DNA of 64,000 nucleotides from Octopus vulgaris (Eukaryota), in NCBI GenBank assembly GCA_951406725.2, contig OX597832.1:25606001-25670000 (forward strand). The letters run 5' to 3'. Shown here piece after piece: positions 60,057-64,000 of this stretch. Within the stretch, counting starts at the first letter, position 1. Each line of letters opens with the position of its first letter. Below the pieces are notes generated by a model that made no database searches, had not been told where the DNA came from, and saw nothing but the letters and a program-made list of their open reading frames with translations. The translations under genes were made by a program, and so were the position numbers.

Positions 60057-60091
60057 TAATAATGATAATAATAATAATAGTAATAATAGTA

Positions 60092-60139
<48 letters not shown>

Positions 60140-60151
60140 GTAATAATGATA

Positions 60152-60187
<36 letters not shown>

Positions 60188-60208
60188 GTAATGATAATAA
60201 TAATAATA

Positions 60209-60264
<56 letters not shown>

Positions 60265-60274
60265 AATAATGATG

Positions 60275-60325
<51 letters not shown>
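59986..60325. repeat. (AAT)n/(GAT)n microsatellite
   Basis: Direct reading. Confidence 0.95.
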
Positions 60326-60326
<1 letters not shown>

Positions 60327-60849
60327 CAAATTTTAACAGTAATAAAATAATAATAGCGACAAAAGTTTAACAATATCAATACCAAAAACAAAAACTAGAG
60401 TACTAATAGCAATAATAATTACAATGATAATAAGAGAAATGTTATTAAATTCCTTTGCCAAATGGCGATTACTGTTACTTTTATTGGAAAAAAAAAACGA
60501 AGATGAAAAAAAATGTAATCTTCGAAATTAAAATAACTCTCATAAATAATCACATTTTTGATTTTACGTAGAGATTATGGTTGCCATATGCATTTTTTAT
60601 ATTTAACCTTTTAACACCAAACTATATTCTTATTGGAATTTTCAGACGAAATATGTAGAGAAGTCAATTTTGGGGCTATTTTTATGCGCAAATAAACCAG
60701 TATTTTGTTAATAGAGAAACATGTACTTTCAGATAATTCTGACTAGAGTTATAATAAACAAGATGTCCACGCAGAAGGAAAGTATGCATTAATAGCAATA
60801 ACAAATACAATAACAAGAACAACAAAATTAACAACAACAACAACAATAA

Positions 60850-60996
60850 TAATGGTTTCAAATTTTGCGACAATGGTAGCAATTTTGAAGGAGGAGATTA
60901 GTCGATTACATCGACCCCAGTGCTTCGCTGGTACTTAATTTATCAACCCGAAAGGATGGAGGGCAAAGTCGACCTCGGCAGAATTTGAACTCAGAA
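60850..60996 (-). mobile_element. SINE B, 5'-truncated
   Basis: Family B body. Confidence 0.8.
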
Positions 60997-61169
60997 AGTG
61001 TTGAGGCGAGAGTCATAGACAACCCTGGAGGATTGGAGGAATGGACAAGTCGAACTCTTATAAAGAGAAGCGTATTGGTTGAGACAGAGGTCGGTAGGAG
61101 TCGTTGAGAGAACGTTTTCGAGTCTCGTGAAGCAGGTCGTGTGAACACATTGACTTTAACTCCGCTCGT

Positions 61170-61205
<36 letters not shown>

Positions 61206-61248
61206 AAATGAAAAAAAAGGAAAATACGCACACTTACATACTTTTAAT

Positions 61249-61283
61249 ATATCGACCGGTTTCGCTATCGCTATTCATGATAT
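61249..61283 (-). ncRNA. 35-nt minimal hammerhead motif, A3-U8 variant
   Basis: ATATC-ATGAATA-GC GATA GC-GAAA-CCGG-TC-GATAT. Confidence 0.7.
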
Positions 61284-61559
61284 TATGTTTTACTTATTTG
61301 AATATATATTTTTTTCTTAAGAAGAAATTTTGTCCATGTTATGTGTGATGAAGTTCACGAGTGAATGACTTCACAAGTAGATAAATAAAGGGAGGTAATT
61401 TGCTGTCGTTATTGTTGTGGGTAAGGGAGATATCTGTTCAGCTTTCGGTAATGTATATATCCAACATCTGCCAAGGATATAAAAGTGGCAAGATACTCGA
61501 AGCTTGAGTCGGACGTCAACATTTTTTTAGGTACGAAATCAAAGAAAAAAATCATTACC

Positions 61560-63050
61560 ATTCAAGATTTATTGGCTTGCGTGGTGCAGTTGCAACAACA
61601 ACAACAACAACAACAGCAGTTACAACAACAACTACTACAACAGCAACAAGAATAATACCAACAGTTACTAGAAGTAATGTTGAAGAAGTCGGAAAATATT
61701 TCATGTTCGTTCTCGTCAGACGGCGTAGCAAACTCAATCGGAGAATTTATTTATAACTACTGCATATTTTAGAAGACACGAAAAAATCTTCAAAGAATAA
61801 TGTAAAACCTGGAATGATGAGAAGGTGCGATTACTTTTAAGAAAGTTATTCCCTGCTGAACTGTAATACTGTAATTATATTCCGCCGAAGAAACCAGGTG
61901 AGATTTGTTTCGATGAAACAATTAATTTGTTATCGAGAATTTTTCTTAAAAGAAGTTCCCTGTTCAATACTCTTTGGCAGTGTTTAAATTGAGTTAAAAA
62001 AGATGACGAAGATTTCGTCACCTATGCTTCAGAGATTGTGAAAAATTCAAATTAAACGAATTAACCCTGGATTTCTTCAAATGCCTAATTTTTGTTCAAT
62101 GATTATCTGCAAGAAAAGATGCTGATATACGTTCCCCGTACATTAATAAAACTAGAACAGGACCAAAAATTAGAACAGGACCAAGATCGAATGATAAAGG
62201 AATTCCACAATAGAAATCCAGGAATTTCTAGAATGAAGTCGCTTATGAGGAGTTATGTTTACTGGGCAAAAATGGATCTAGATATCGAGAAGTTGGTAAA
62301 ATCCTGCAGAGTTTGTGCTCTTACAGCGAAATCACCACCCATAAAATTTCAACCTTGGCCCAAGTCCAATATTTCATGGTCCAGACTACACATAGACTTC
62401 GCAGGACCGTTAAACCGATCATTCTATCTGATAGTGGTAGATAGCTATTCAAAATGGCCAGAAATGAGTAAATATAGAAAACCGACATCCACGGTAGCAG
62501 TGGAATTTTTACACGGACTTTTTGCTAGGCATGTTGTCCTGGATACCATAGTCTCCGATAACCGTACACATTTCACGGCGGATGAATTTAAGAATTTTTG
62601 TAAGATGTACTCAATTAAATATATCACTACTTCTCCGTATCATTTAAAAGAGCGTTAACAAAATCAAGAAACGAGCCAGTCGATGACGCAGTATTGACAC
62701 AATTCTTGAGTGTTTATAGGATAACACCAAACACAAACACTTTTTCAGGCAAGTTGCTTGCGGAACTAATGTTTGCTCGAAAAATAAAGTCAGTTTTTGA
62801 CAAGTTGCTATCAGTAAAGAAAACAAATAGGGGAAGCACTAAGTATGCGACGAAGCATTTTAATATCGGTGACAAGGTATTTTCAAAATATATAAAAATG
62901 GAAGACAACGTTGAGAAGATGGAGTAGTAAAAAAAAGGATAGGCAAAATGACGTATATGATAAGATGCGAAAAATGGGAACAGAAAAGGCATTTAAACCA
63001 GCTAGAAAATAGGTATACAGAAAAAAAGAGATACTCATGGAAGTATTTGG
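61560..63050 (+). mobile_element. Internally deleted Ty3/Gypsy retrotransposon (gag remnant + integrase)
   Basis: Gag-like KVRLLLRKL...SLFNTLWQCL...FKCLIFV; integrase PGISRMKSLMRSYVYW...CRVC...HIDFAGP...VVDSYSKWPE...VSDN...YRITPN; possible 5' LTR 61337-61521 (TG...CA), low confidence. Confidence 0.85.
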
Positions 63051-63289
63051 CCAGTGCTTCATTCTATTGATCCTGAATTGATAAAAGGTAACTTTGGTCC
63101 CCGCGGCATTTTATTTTGGAATGTAAAAGCGTCGTAACGAAATACAACCGAAAAGTATTTTTTCCAACGCCCCACCGAGTCTGTCAATCCATCGCCTTTT
63201 CTGAATTTCTAGCATGGGTATAAGGAGAAAAATTGGGGAGGAGAGACAATCGATTATGTCGCCCCCAGAGTATGACTGGTCCATCGCAA

Positions 63290-63560
63290 AGTCCAGTTCT
63301 TGATGGCTGGTGTTCATGAATAACACTGAGAACTTATGCCAGTGGAGTGCGAACTCCTGATAGGGCTTCTTATGTTGAACAGGCCAAAGGATAGAGGCAG
63401 TACTAATATGGACTAACTCTTTCCAGGGGTAAACATGGGTTTGCGTATAGGAAACACCTCTACGTATAAAAAAGCATAGTTATAGACGATGACTATTCAA
63501 AACCAACAGGAAAAGTTGTCGATGGCCTTGTAAACCTCATAGAGATAGAAGGACTTATGT
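63290..63560 (+). mobile_element. Possible non-autonomous RTE-derived repeat
   Basis: GAACTCCTGATAGGGC...GAACAGG..AAAGG.TAGAGG resembles RTE UTR sequence from recall. Confidence 0.35.
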
Positions 63561-63619
63561 AAGGGCATGGTAAAAATAAAAAAAAAGGTAAACTCTCAAC
63601 ATTGCTGTTTGGATTCCTA

Positions 63620-63965
63620 AATTACATAAGTCAGGGAGTCCGGTCAGTTTCCATGGCGTATAAGTGACCAAGATCAGGACGTTCACCCTGATGAGTGCGT
63701 GGGCTGGAACAACGCAGAATGAAGTATTTTGCTCAAGAACAAAGCGCACTGCTCGGTCCAAAAATCAAACCCATGATCCTACATGCATCACCCTAAACCA
63801 CTAGGCTACGCTCCTTCCCTTGTAAGTATAACAACGCTGGTTTATTTTCTTCCGCCCAAATTAGTGAAAGGTAAAGTCAAACACGACGGAATTTGAATAC
63901 AGAACGCAACTAATTATCATAAAGTATTCCGTCAGTCACTCAACCGGTTTTGTCATCCACCGCCA
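63620..63965 (-). mobile_element. Decayed H1-type SINE (63620-63819) and SINE B (63840-63965)
   Basis: Minus strand TAGCCTAGTGG...TTCTTGAGCAAAATAC; family B head motifs. Confidence 0.65.
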
Positions 63966-64000
63966 TATTTATTAATTGAGATAATAAAAACGAAAATAAT

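Noticed and set aside
60998-61172. Possible solo LTR starting TGTTG
   Set aside because: No matching terminal CA, target-site duplication or second copy visible.

Overview
AT-rich, microsatellite-dense eukaryotic DNA whose repeat content resembles an octopus (coleoid cephalopod) genome; the organism is inferred, not shown. Nearly all ORFs in the track are microsatellite translations. Supportable content: (1) two probable + strand coding exons (3496-3557, 30919-31092) of an unidentified host gene; (2) many tRNA-derived SINEs (my labels: A, B, and modular H1/H2 heads with interchangeable tails T1-T4); (3) decayed R4/Dong, RTE, CR1, HERO-like, Gypsy, Tc1/mariner and non-autonomous Helitron elements; (4) about ten Penelope-like element (PLE) pseudo-LTR pieces carrying minimal type I hammerhead ribozyme (HHR) motifs, including C3-G8, U3-A8 and A3-U8 core variants and inverted-pLTR arrangements. 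The top finding is a tRNA-headed SINE-like element (41706-41981). Its 3' tail, including an HHR motif, is homologous to the 3' pLTR of a GIY-YIG PLE remnant in the same window (58697-59332), suggesting a ribozyme-bearing SINE mobilised by Penelope elements. All alignments, translations and folds were done by eye, and element boundaries are approximate.
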